Part shown: positions 11,138 to 20,401 of the stretch, piece after piece
Position numbering within the stretch: the first letter of the stretch is position 1
Layout: each line of letters opens with the position of its first letter
Origin: Candidatus Saccharimonadota bacterium
GTDB taxonomy: Bacteria; Patescibacteriota; Gracilibacteria; BD1-5; UBA6164
DNA length: 32,000 bases
Assembly: GCA_004563595.2 (NCBI GenBank)
Contig: CP042461.1
Location: forward strand, 240,001-272,000
Reading direction: 5' to 3'
Translations under genes and position numbers: made by a program
Notes under the pieces: model-generated
The model's input: only the letters and a program-made list of their open reading frames with translations
Database searches by the model: none
What the model was told of the DNA's origin: nothing

Positions 11138-12892
11138 ATGAAAAAACAATCATATCGGAGCATGCTTATTCCTTATCTTTTTCGATTTAAATGAAGAATC
11201 GTTCTTTCTCTTGGGCTTATTGTTGTTGGGAGACTTCTTTCTGTAGCAAATCCATATGTTATAAAAGAGTTGGTTGATGCGCTGGCTGAGAGTTCTAGCA
11301 TACCTATAGATGTGCAATATTTAATAATACTTGTATTCCTTTTCTTTTGATTTCGTTGGGGGATGGATATTTTAGGTGGAATGAAGGATTACCTCTTTGC
11401 GAAAGTAACGGTGAGTATAAAAAAACTCATTTCGCTTGATCTTTTTAGCCATCTTTTGAGTCTTCCCGTAGAATTTCACACCAATCAAGCAACTGGTGGA
11501 GTAGCTCGTAAGATTTCTAGAGGAACGAGTGCTTTGAGTACATTAAGTTTCTTTTTAACAGGAAGTATATTACCCGTTTTAATTGAAATAGGTTTTGTTA
11601 TAGGTGTTTTTATTACTTTATTTCCACCAATATTTAGTATTGTTTTTGCAATATTTGTCGTGGTATATGTAGCTTTTACTATTATTGTTACAAACCGTCG
11701 TCAGGAACTTCTCCTTGAAACAAATAAACGAGATGATCGAGGAAGTGAGCAATCAATTGATGCATTGATGAACTATGAAACTGTAAAATATTTTACAAAC
11801 GAAAAATTTGAGTTTAAGAGATATGAATCAACACTTGAAAAATGGTCTGATATTGCGATTACATCAATTAAGAAAGGAGCAAACCTTAATATGTGACAAG
11901 GGTTTATTCTTACTGCAGGACTCACAGCGCTGTTAGGACTTGCCGTTCGTGAATATCTGAATGGTACTGTAACGGTAGGTGACTTTGTACTGATCACAAC
12001 ATATCTGAATCGTATTGCTATTCCACTTTGATTTCTTGGTTCATTGTATAGAAGTCTCAAAGAGTCTTTTGCAAACCTCGATGCAATGTTTCAGCTATTA
12101 GAAGTTAAAAATGATGTTATAGACAAGCAAGGAGCAACGGATCTTGAAAATACTTCTGGGCATGTGGTATTGAGAGATGTAGAGTTCGGATATAATCCAA
12201 ATCGAACTATTATAAAGGGAGTGTCTATAGATATTCCTTCACAATCAAGTATTGCTTTTGTTGGAGCTTCAGGTTCAGGGAAATCAACTATTTCAAAACT
12301 ATTATTGAGATTTTATGATATTAATAGTGGTGAAATATCAATTGATGGAAATAATATACAAGACATCACACAAGCTTCACTCCGTAGAAATATTGGTGTA
12401 GTAGCACAAGATACTATTCTTTTTAATGAGACTATTTTTAATAATATTTGATACGGGAAAAATGATGCAAGCAAAGAAGAGGTGATAGCTGCTGCAAAAC
12501 TTGCTCATATTCATGACTTCATCATGGATTTACCTCAGTGATATGAAACACCAGTAGGAGAACGTGGAGTAAAACTTTCAGGAGGTGAAAAACAACGTGT
12601 CGCTATTGCTCGTATGCTCTTGAAAAATCCTCCAATTTTACTTTTTGATGAAGCAACTGCTTCTCTTGATACGAAATCAGAGAAAATGATTCAAGATGCT
12701 ATTAAGTCTATATCTCAAGAGGGAAGAACAACTATTGTTATAGCTCATCGTCTTTCTACAATTATTGATTTTGATAAGATAGTTGTTCTTGATCAAGGAA
12801 AGGTGATAGAAGAATGATCTCATACTGAATTACTTAAAACTTGTGGAGTCTATAAAAAGCTATGGAACTTACAAAAAGGAAGTCATACTTAA
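11138..12892 (+). CDS. ABC exporter, fused permease + ATPase, ATM1/HMT1-like
   Basis: [14 protein letters not shown] motif, Walker [38 protein letters not shown] (Gly of QGY is TGA 12539-12541), Walker [13 protein letters not shown]-like. In-frame ATG at 11084 is an alternative start. Confidence 0.85.
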
Positions 12893-12904
12893 ATTATTTA
12901 TAAA

Positions 12905-12937
12905 TAAAAAAAGCTTACATTTTGTAAGCTTTTTTTA
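12905..12937. terminator. Bidirectional intrinsic terminator
   Basis: aagcttaca ttt tgtaagctt hairpin with flanking A- and T-runs. Overlaps the stop of the minus-strand esterase gene. Confidence 0.75.
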
Positions 12938-14257
12938 CTTCACTATATCAATAAATTTATAAATTCACTTTGCTCATTGGATAGGCCGGCTATGGGGAGT
13001 GTTTCAATAGGTTGAGTATTCTGCACAAAACGCTACTGGGTTTCAATTACTACATTGATTCCAGATCTGACAGTTTAAACCAGATATGTTGATATTTTCT
13101 GCTGCTCAAGTACAGGTATTGATCTCCTTTCTGATTTTGAGAGCATTTTGCCCATCAGAATATGGGACTAGATTATCAGCTTTGTTGTGAAGTATTAGGC
13201 TGGCAACGGGTCAGTTACATTCAGACTTATATCATCCTCATGCCACTGCTGTCATAGTAGCAATTACGTCTCACCTAAGACATGAAAGTTTATTAGAAAA
13301 GTATGCTCCAAGAGAGTGTCATACTATGTGTACTTGACTCTTATCAATACAGAGCGAACTTGATACTTCTGATAACATAGCGTCAATGAAATCTATACTC
13401 TCAGCTTCATGCCAGGTGTATGGACCAGATCAAAGTCATGCGGGGTAGGCTGTAATGACTTCATTTGATGAGTTTTTTTCCCATTTTCCACCTCAGAGTC
13501 ACATATAGTCTCGAACCATAGTATTGCTGTTTGTTCTTCCATGCAAACCAATAACAAGAGGGTATGGCTTTGATGCATCATAATTTTTTGGAAGACTAAG
13601 CAGGTAGGACCTACTCTTATTATTGATAGATAAAAAATTTGTATCTTGAAGGTCTTGAGGACTTGTACATCCTAGACTATTGTAGTTGAGTACTTGTCCT
13701 TGTTGTAAACTTTGTATACGCGTAATAATTTGTGTTGCTTGTCCACGTTTAGCTTGGGTATTTATAGTATATGCATTTTTTGGGATAATTTTATTTTCAT
13801 GAGCAAACTCAATATATCTATCATACCATTGTTCTCACGTCTTTATTTCTGGAACCTCAATATCAAAAGTTTTCATAGTAAGGGCTAATACTTCTAGTAC
13901 TGATACATTTCCATTTGGTCTAAATGTTCCATCAGAGTATCCATGTGTGATATCATTTTTATGAGCATGACAAATATATTTTATATACCACCAATCTTTT
14001 TGTAGATCAGGAAAACATGAACCTCCTATATTCTCCTTGATTTCTGTTTTTGAACTATTGAGAATAATAGCGAGTATTTCAGCTCGAGTAATATTGTTGT
14101 TTGGATGAAAATTTCCATCATCAAAACCATTTACAATACCATCATTTTTGAGCTGTATAATAGATGATTGGTACCAAGAGTTTTCAATATCTGAAAAAGA
14201 TGATGCCTGTATAGGAAGGAATAGAAAAAGAAGTATGCTTGCGATAGTTTTCCTCAT
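12935..14257 (-). CDS. SLH-domain-anchored esterase (PHB-depolymerase/LpqC-like alpha/beta hydrolase)
   Basis: Signal peptide, then two to three SLH-like repeats (FSDIENSWY...GFDDGNFHPNNNITRAE; FPDLQKDWWY...GYSDGTFRPNGNVSVLE). Then LPKNYDASKPYPLVIGLHGRTNSN and nucleophile elbow VGHSLGA. TAA at 12935-12937. Confidence 0.7.
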
Positions 14258-14331
14258 AATAAAAGCATGAAAAAATAATGCTGTGAATCTACATATTATA
14301 TGAAAAATGAGAGGTTTTACAAGAGGGGGCT

Positions 14332-14688
14332 TTATGACTTATCTGTCCAGACACCATATTCGTTATTATTTGTGTCAGTAAAATGAAAACGAGATCCTCA
14401 GGGGAATGTGAATAAAGGCTTTATAATTGTACCTCCAGCTTTCTCAATTTTTGATTGAGTTGAGAGAATGTCATTACTAAAAAATACTATAAGACAAGCT
14501 CAATTTTTTGTACTTGTACATTGATCTGATTTATAGAATCATCCATTGATTCACTCGTTAGAAAAAGCAATGTAATCTGGTCAGAAATTTTCAAATGACC
14601 AATTAAAAACAGATTCAAAAAAACCTTTTGTTTTTTTGATATTTTGAGAAGGGAATTCTATATAATTTATTTTTTCGTGTACGTTCAT
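14332..14688 (-). CDS. VOC/glyoxalase-fold family protein (118 aa)
   Basis: INYIEFPSQNIKKTKGFFESVFNW...GGSRFHFTDTNNNEYGVW pattern typical of small glyoxalase-like proteins. TAA at 14332-14334. Confidence 0.6.
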
Positions 14689-14735
14689 GGTGGGAAATTT
14701 ATATGATATTACTTCTATTTATTATATTAATTTAA

Positions 14736-14830
14736 TAAAAAAGACAACTTTATTCAGGTGTTTGAGTGTGTCTTTTATAGGGGCTCAAGTTTTCATTTCA
14801 TATGGAGCTTGAGTAAGTGAAATCACTAAT
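14736..14830. repeat. Weak, most degenerate copy (Z) of the hairpin + tRNA-3'-end-like unit
   Basis: aaaaagacaac...gtgtgtctttt hairpin shares its 5' arm with the A/C/E hairpins. tatggagcttgagtaagtgaaatcactaat loosely resembles the repeat core. Confidence 0.3.
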
Positions 14831-15193
14831 AAAAAAGCCCCAATCGTTAGCAATGGGCATTTTCGGAGAGTGCTGCCATATATTCAGATGATCAACAAAA
14901 CGCATCTTTATATTTTCAGTTTCTCCTGAAAGATTTCTCTTTCTAAAGTGTTAGATGATGCCAAAACTATACTGTAAAGTTTTTGTATTAGGAGTATTCA
15001 CAATGGGCTTTCTCTATTATTACTAGTTACCCTTAATCCTTACGAAGTTTTGCTACATACAAATAACGAATAGATAACAGTGTATTTCTATTAAAAGTTA
15101 ACAATGAATATTGCTTTGTCATAATAGATATGATTAAAACTGAAGTTAATTTTTTTGAAAGTTGTATTTTGTGGTAGGTTCTAGGAAATAACA

Positions 15194-15229
15194 TTGACTT
15201 TCCAGAATATTTATATATAAATATTCTGG
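15194..15229 (+). promoter_or_regulatory. purB promoter (TTGACT-16-TATAAA) overlapped by a perfect 28-bp palindrome
   Basis: TTGACT at 15194-15199, TATAAA at 15216-15221. ccagaatatttatatataaatattctgg at 15202-15229 is self-complementary. AGAGGAG Shine-Dalgarno lies 10 nt before ATG 15263. Confidence 0.55.
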
Positions 15230-15262
15230 TCAAATTTCGTATACTAGAGGAGTGAAAGAATT

Positions 15263-16882
15263 ATGACTACATTAAATATTGTTGAAATGCTTGGTAGTAA
15301 TCATGAAGAAGCTACTACTTTTGCAAAAGAGATTATGGATTTATTTCCGAAAGATATTATACTTTCAGGTGTTCAGCAAGCTGAAATAATGGAACAAATT
15401 ATTCCATTACTTTCTAAAAAACTTCCCAATCTTAATGAATGGGAATCTGCTTTAAAAGGACGTTATTGTTCTCAAGAAGCAAAACTGTTGGCTGGTGAAA
15501 CATTTCGTTGGTCATGTGCTAGACGGGTTTGGCTTTCGACTTTGGAAACTCAAATAGAAATGGGGCTGTTACAAAAACCACCAAGTTCAGAAGCTATTCA
15601 AAAATTTAAGGATAAGCTCTTCGAGTTTGATTGGGATAAAATTCGTGAAATTGAACGTGAGTTAAAACATGATGTAAAAGCTCATATTACATATATTACG
15701 AAATATTTAGTTCCAGAATTAGGGCAAACTATTCATCTTGGAATGACTTCTGAAGATGCTGTTTCAAATGCTGAAATACTTCAGCAGGATGAATGGATGA
15801 TTCATGTATTAAGGACTTTAGGAACTGTCATCGATTCAGCTTTTAAGCAAATTCTTCGATATAAATCTCTTGCTATGCTTGGAGAAACACATCTACAACC
15901 TGCAGCAGCTGTCACTTTTGGAAAACGTCTCGCTGTTTGGACAGGGCCACTCATTGAAGATTTTCAAGATTTAAATCAGTTATTGGAAAGCAATTGTTTA
16001 AAAGGAGTTCGAGGTGCTACGGGGACTTATGAAGCACTTTTGAAAATGTATGGTGGAGATGATTCAGAAGGATTTATACAGGAGTTTGAATCCAAACTTT
16101 CTCAAAAACTTGGTAAATCTATTACAAAACTTGCTGTTGCTCAGACGGCTCCACGTTCTTGGGATATTAAAATTCTTGATATCTTATCACGTATTTGTAC
16201 TAATCTTGGAAAGATGGCAACAGATATACGTCATTTAGCAAGAACTGGGGAAATAGGAGAACCTCGTAAGAAAAATCAAGTTGGTTCATCAGCTATGCCT
16301 TGGAAGCAAAATCCTATGATGTTTGAACGGTTGAATTCACTTGGACGAATTGTTTCATATTTTGCTGCAATAGCTCATGAAACAGCTCGAACTCAGGGGC
16401 TCGAAAGAACCTTGGATGATTCTGCAGGAAGAAGGATTTACATGAATGAAGCATTTTTGTTAACAGATGCTTGTTTACGTCTTGCTGTAGAGCTTATGGA
16501 AGGTTTTAATGTTTTTGAATTTGTGATTGGGAAACGATTGGAACATATGCTTCCATTTCTGGTTACTGAAGATATTTTAGCTTCTGCTGTTAAGAAAGGG
16601 GATAATCGAGAAGATGTTCATGAATGGATTCAAGTTCATGCAAAAGCAGTTGTTTCTGATATGTCATCAGGAAAAATTCAACAAAATGATATATTGATTC
16701 GTTTAGAAAATGATGAGAAATCACCAGTTACGAATTTAGTAATACCATCGGATCTTGATCCTCACAATTATACTGGTGCATGTGACTATATATGTGCTCA
16801 GTTTAATATGAATTTTTCTGATGTTCTTCATCCATTAGAGGCTCTTGGAGGACCTCTGAAACTACAAAAATCGGAAGTGTAA
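15263..16882 (+). CDS. purB: Adenylosuccinate lyase (fumarate-lyase superfamily), 539 aa with an N-terminal extension
   Basis: Signature GSSAMPWKQNP, HLGMTSEDA, THLQPA. The only long ORF intact in the standard code. Strong SD. TAA stop. Confidence 0.9.
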   Translation: MTTLNIVEMLGSNHEEATTFAKEIMDLFPKDIILSGVQQAEIMEQIIPLLSKKLPNLNEWESALKGRYCSQEAKLLAGETFRWSCARRVWLSTLETQIEMGLLQKPPSSEAIQKFKDKLFEFDWDKIREIERELKHDVKAHITYITKYLVPELGQTIHLGMTSEDAVSNAEILQQDEWMIHVLRTLGTVIDSAFKQILRYKSLAMLGETHLQPAAAVTFGKRLAVWTGPLIEDFQDLNQLLESNCLKGVRGATGTYEALLKMYGGDDSEGFIQEFESKLSQKLGKSITKLAVAQTAPRSWDIKILDILSRICTNLGKMATDIRHLARTGEIGEPRKKNQVGSSAMPWKQNPMMFERLNSLGRIVSYFAAIAHETARTQGLERTLDDSAGRRIYMNEAFLLTDACLRLAVELMEGFNVFEFVIGKRLEHMLPFLVTEDILASAVKKGDNREDVHEWIQVHAKAVVSDMSSGKIQQNDILIRLENDEKSPVTNLVIPSDLDPHNYTGACDYICAQFNMNFSDVLHPLEALGGPLKLQKSEV

Positions 16883-16903
16883 CTTTTTCCACTTTCAATA
16901 ACC

Positions 16904-16990
16904 AAAAAAGGCAACTCATCATAGATGATGTTGTCTTTTTCTTTTAATTGTATTAAGTTTCACGAGTGTCGTGAATAGAATTAGAACTGA
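16904..16990. repeat. Repeat unit A: conserved terminator hairpin + tRNA-3'-end-like core
   Basis: aaaaaaggcaactcatcatagatgatgttgtctttttctttt then gtcgtgaatagaattagaactga. A second partial core cgtgaacagtagagaattga lies at 17062-17081. Confidence 0.7.
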
Positions 16991-17151
16991 CAACTTATAA
17001 ATCATTTGAATTTAAGAAAGAATCAATCACAAGTTATTAATCTATATTATCGGCCAATTACCGTGAACAGTAGAGAATTGATGTGAAAAATTAAATTTGT
17101 AAATAGTTAGTAAAGCTTTAGTATTCATTTACTTATAACTTACCATGTATA

Positions 17152-17955
17152 ATGAATAAAAAAAATATAATAATTTTCACTTTGTTTTTAGGGTTGTTCT
17201 TTTATGTATTTACAAATATTAACGAGGAACACCCAATAAATAATTATGATACGAGTTCAACACAAGAAAAGAAAATATTTAGTACATCTTTTGAAAGTGT
17301 TGATGATTTTAAATGATTTTATATTACTCCTCAATCATATAAAAATACAACATTTCATGAATTATCAGAATCGATTGTTCACTCTGGTAAGTTTTCGCAC
17401 AAAGCTTGGATAAAATGAGAGAATCCTACTTCAACGACTATGACTAATAATAATCATAGGGGATATCCAACGATACAATTTAATAAAACTGAATGAGGTA
17501 TATTAGAATCTCCTGTATATGTTACTTTTTGGGTGTGGTTAGATATGGACTTAAATACAAGTCATGATTGATGAGAAAATGACTGGTTTAGTTTTGCAAC
17601 TTTTACTGATGATGAATCAGATAGATGGAAAAGAACAGTACTCGTAAATTTGAGTCATGATTGATTTGTTCATTTAATGCATACAACAGATAGATGAGAA
17701 AAAGAGTATATTTTTCAAACATCATCTATAAAGTTTCCTCAAAAAGAATGGGTAGAGTTAAAAGTATATCTAGATTTTTCGGATAATTCTTATGCAAAAG
17801 TATGGCAGAATTGAGAACTCGTATCACATGCAAATATTTGAAATATAAAAAATAGATTAGCTCAAGCACACTTTGGAATGTATAGTCCACCAAAGATGAC
17901 ATCGGGGATTGTATATAATGATGACTTAAAGATAGAAATGGTTGATGGAGAGTAG
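17152..17955 (+). CDS. Secreted protein, polysaccharide-lyase / concanavalin-like fold suspected
   Basis: N-terminal anchor or signal. HRGYPTIQF, DWFSFATF, AHFGMYSPP patterns. Many TGA=Gly. TAG at 17953-17955. Function is a weak guess. Confidence 0.5.
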
Positions 17956-17957
17956 TA

Positions 17958-18008
17958 TTTTCTTTTATTTTCAAATTGGTAGAGGATAGCGAACAAGATT
18001 AGAACTGA
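17958..18008. repeat. Repeat unit B (T-run + spacer + core, no hairpin)
   Basis: ttttcttttattttcaaattggtagaggatagcgaacaagattagaactga. The ttattttcaaattggt flank is identical to the flank of the true tRNA-Pro 3' end. Confidence 0.7.
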
Positions 18009-18115
18009 AATTGAGGAGTTCGAAGGGGGATATTAGCTAAAAGTATAGTATTTTAGGCTCCTAATAGTTTATCCCTACTTTAAGGGAATAATTCTATAGT
18101 ATTATCAAAAATAAT

Positions 18116-18144
18116 TTGACTTTTCATCTTAAAAGTGTTAGTAT
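18116..18144 (+). promoter_or_regulatory. Promoter of the Fic gene (TTGACT-17-TAGTAT with TGn extension)
   Basis: TTGACT at 18116-18121, TAGTAT at 18139-18144, preceded by tgt. Confidence 0.5.
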
Positions 18145-18185
18145 ATGGGTACCTAAAATATAATTATATTTATATTATTTATATT

Positions 18186-19136
18186 ATGTATATTGAAAAA
18201 AAAGATTCTTGATTATTTTTAGCTAAAAAAGGATTTTGAAAGAAATTTCTAGTGAAAATAGAATGAGAGAAAATTACAAAAAATAATATTGTTCAGCTTA
18301 CAGAAAAAGAATGTAGGTTTATCTATGAATCACAAGGCTATAAAGATTTTTCTATAGACATTTATAATAATGACTTATTAGAAGATGTTGTATTTCGATC
18401 AAAGCTATTGAGTAATAACGTAGAGATTCTTTCGTGTATTCAAGAAAATAATATTATGGGTGATATAGAAATAGTTTGAACTTGATTACATATTCAAGCT
18501 TGGTTAGAATATGGTTTTCCAAAGAAGTTTATATATAATTCAAATAACATAGAAGGGAGCAGAATACCAGAAGAAGAGGTAGAAAGAATTATTGAAAATA
18601 AAAAATATAGGTATAAGGTAAAAAATGAAATATTAGAAGTTGAAAACTCAATTAAATCTTGGAGCTTTATAAAAAATGGCTTTCTCTTTAATGAATTAAA
18701 TATTAAAAAGTTATACCATATATTAACAAAAAACTTATTGCAAGAGACGTGAGAAAAATACCCAAGATGATTTAAAAAAGTTTCTAACATTGTAAATAAC
18801 AGTTTAACAACGTCTCCAGAAAATGTATCAACAGAAATTAATAGTCTTATTTATTCATACAAAGAAAATAAAAAAATAGTATTTCCATTACAGCTTGCAT
18901 TTGATTTTCATTTAAAATATGAACAAATTCATCCATTTGAAAATGGGAATGGAAGAACGGGAAGATTTATTATGAATAAAATATTATTACAAAATACCTT
19001 TTTTCCTATGATAGTATTTTCATCGAATAAGCAAGCATATTTTGATGCTATTGCATCATGTGAATCTAAAAATAAAAAGAAATATTATAAATTTATGCTA
19101 GAGCAGTATAAAAAGACATTGGATAAAATAAGCTAA
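18186..19136 (+). CDS. Fic-domain protein (class II, N-terminal inhibitory motif)
   Basis: Fic motif HPFENGNGRTGR (18930-18965). Upstream SNNIEGS matches the [ST]xxxE[GN] auto-inhibition motif. TAA at 19134-19136. Confidence 0.85.
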
Positions 19137-19145
19137 TCGAAAAAT

Positions 19146-19229
19146 CAAAAAAAGACAACTCATCGTAGATGAATTGTCTTTTTCTTTTCATTATTTAAAT
19201 GGTTGATAGTAGTGAACAATATTACTGCT
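19146..19229. repeat. Repeat unit C: conserved hairpin + degenerate core
   Basis: aaaaaagacaactcatcgtagatgaattgtctttttctttt then tggttgatagtagtgaacaatattactgcta. Lies between the convergent Fic and GNAT genes. Confidence 0.65.
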
Positions 19230-19230
19230 A

Positions 19231-19704
19231 TTATTTAAGAGGGTATTCTAACGTCAGAGTGTATTCCTTAAATCAATATTTTTTATATAACTTTATAACT
19301 TGTTCATTTGTAGCACTTGCTACTACTGAAATAGCTTCAACTTGTTGATTTGTAGACCATTTTTTAAATTTTGCATACAATTGAGAACCTAGTCAGTGAG
19401 AACGGTAATCTTCATCTACAAAAAAATTATATAGTTTTGCTATATGTGTTCATCATGTTCTCCATGATGATGATAAATGAATACCTCAGTAAATATATCA
19501 AACTGCTTTTTCACCATCCATTGCTAAATATATAATATTTTTATGATCTTCAATTCATTCTTTAAAAAAAACAGTTCATTTCTCACTATGACTCCGATCT
19601 ACATCTATACTTTTATCATAGTTATTATAGTCATCTAAGATTAACTTTTTACTTAACTTTTGAATCATGTTTAAGTGTTCTATTTTTGCAGTAATAATCT
19701 TCAT
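19231..19704 (-). CDS. GNAT-family N-acetyltransferase (157 aa)
   Basis: VDEDYRSHGLGSQLY (acetyl-CoA binding R/Q-x-x-G-x-G/A) and LYKKYGFKE motifs. TAA at 19231-19233. Confidence 0.75.
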
Positions 19705-19822
19705 AGCATACAATTAAAAAATATCGCTTAATACCATTAAACTTATTTATGTTTCAATTTCAATTTTATTTCCACTATAGCTTTGATATTCAAGTCTCTC
19801 AATGCTATAACTATAAACCATC

Positions 19823-19902
19823 AAAAAAAGCACAATAAATAAATTTATTATGCTTTTTTTTGTTTTTATCTGGTCGGATGTAGTGAACAGGATTAGAACT
19901 GA
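19823..19902. repeat. Repeat unit D: a different terminator hairpin + best-preserved tRNA-3'-end-like core
   Basis: gcacaataaat/atttattatgc hairpin with T-run, then tggtcggatgtagtgaacaggattagaactga. The first 8 nt tggtcgga are identical to the real tRNA-Pro 3' terminus. Confidence 0.7.
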
Positions 19903-19994
19903 GATTGAAAAAAATATAATTGAGGATAGTTTATTGTAAACAGATAATAAATATGGTAATATAGTACTATTATATAAATTCAAATTATTATTTC

Positions 19995-20345
19995 ATGGAA
20001 TACAATATTTTTAAATACGTGAGGCAAAAAGTACAAATCCATTCTTATATAAGATTTTTTTTGAGTATTTTTATGTTGCCTATCGCATTATTATTTATTA
20101 TTCTTCCAATATTTCCATTTTCACTTTTCGTTTGAGTATTTATTTTAATAGTTGCTATATTATTCCTTGTACCTGGATCAAAAATTAAATATGTTATTAA
20201 AATAAGGAAAAGTATTATATATCTATTTAGTAATATTAGGGAAAGAAGAATAATCAGACATAAAATTTATGATATCATTTCTCATATAAAATCAATTCTG
20301 CGCAAAAGAAAATCAAGAAAAAAAAGTTATATATTTAATATATAA
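19995..20345 (+). CDS. Small basic membrane protein (116 aa, two predicted TM helices)
   Basis: ATG 19995 to TAA 20343-20345. Hydrophobic FFLSIFMLPIALLFIILPIFPFSLFVGVFILIVAILFLV followed by a Lys/Arg-rich tail. Confidence 0.5.
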
Positions 20346-20347
20346 AA

Positions 20348-20391
20348 CAAAAAAGACAACTCATCAATGATTAAGTTGTCTTTTTCTTTTT
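20348..20391. terminator. Terminator hairpin E (founding copy of the repeated hairpin), downstream of tRNA-Pro
   Basis: aaaaaagacaactcatcaatgattaagttgtctttttcttttt. About 85-90% identical by eye to the hairpins in units A and C. Confidence 0.75.
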
Positions 20392-20401
20392 ATTTTCAAA
20401 T

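Noticed and set aside
14781-15130. tmRNA, RNase P or SRP RNA in the long non-coding stretch (the ggggctcaag start looked tmRNA-like)
   Set aside because: No tRNA-like 3' end (T-loop + ACCA) downstream. No GAGGAAAGTCC-type P4 sequence or SRP GGAA-loop motif found by eye.
15033-15233. 66-aa minus-strand ORF from the track
   Set aside because: It overlaps the purB promoter and palindrome, is basic low-complexity sequence with no RBS, and is most likely a chance ORF in AT-rich DNA.
16968-19902. Repeat cores A, A2, B, C and D as functional tRNA genes
   Set aside because: None can be folded into an acceptor/T-arm. The segment GTTCTAATC resembles a T-loop, but the flanking bases do not pair, and no 5' halves exist. 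I treat them as decayed or derived copies only.
19747-19983. 78-aa minus-strand ORF from the track
   Set aside because: It runs through a terminator hairpin and repeat unit D, and its composition is Ile/Leu/Ser-rich AT-driven. No support as a gene.
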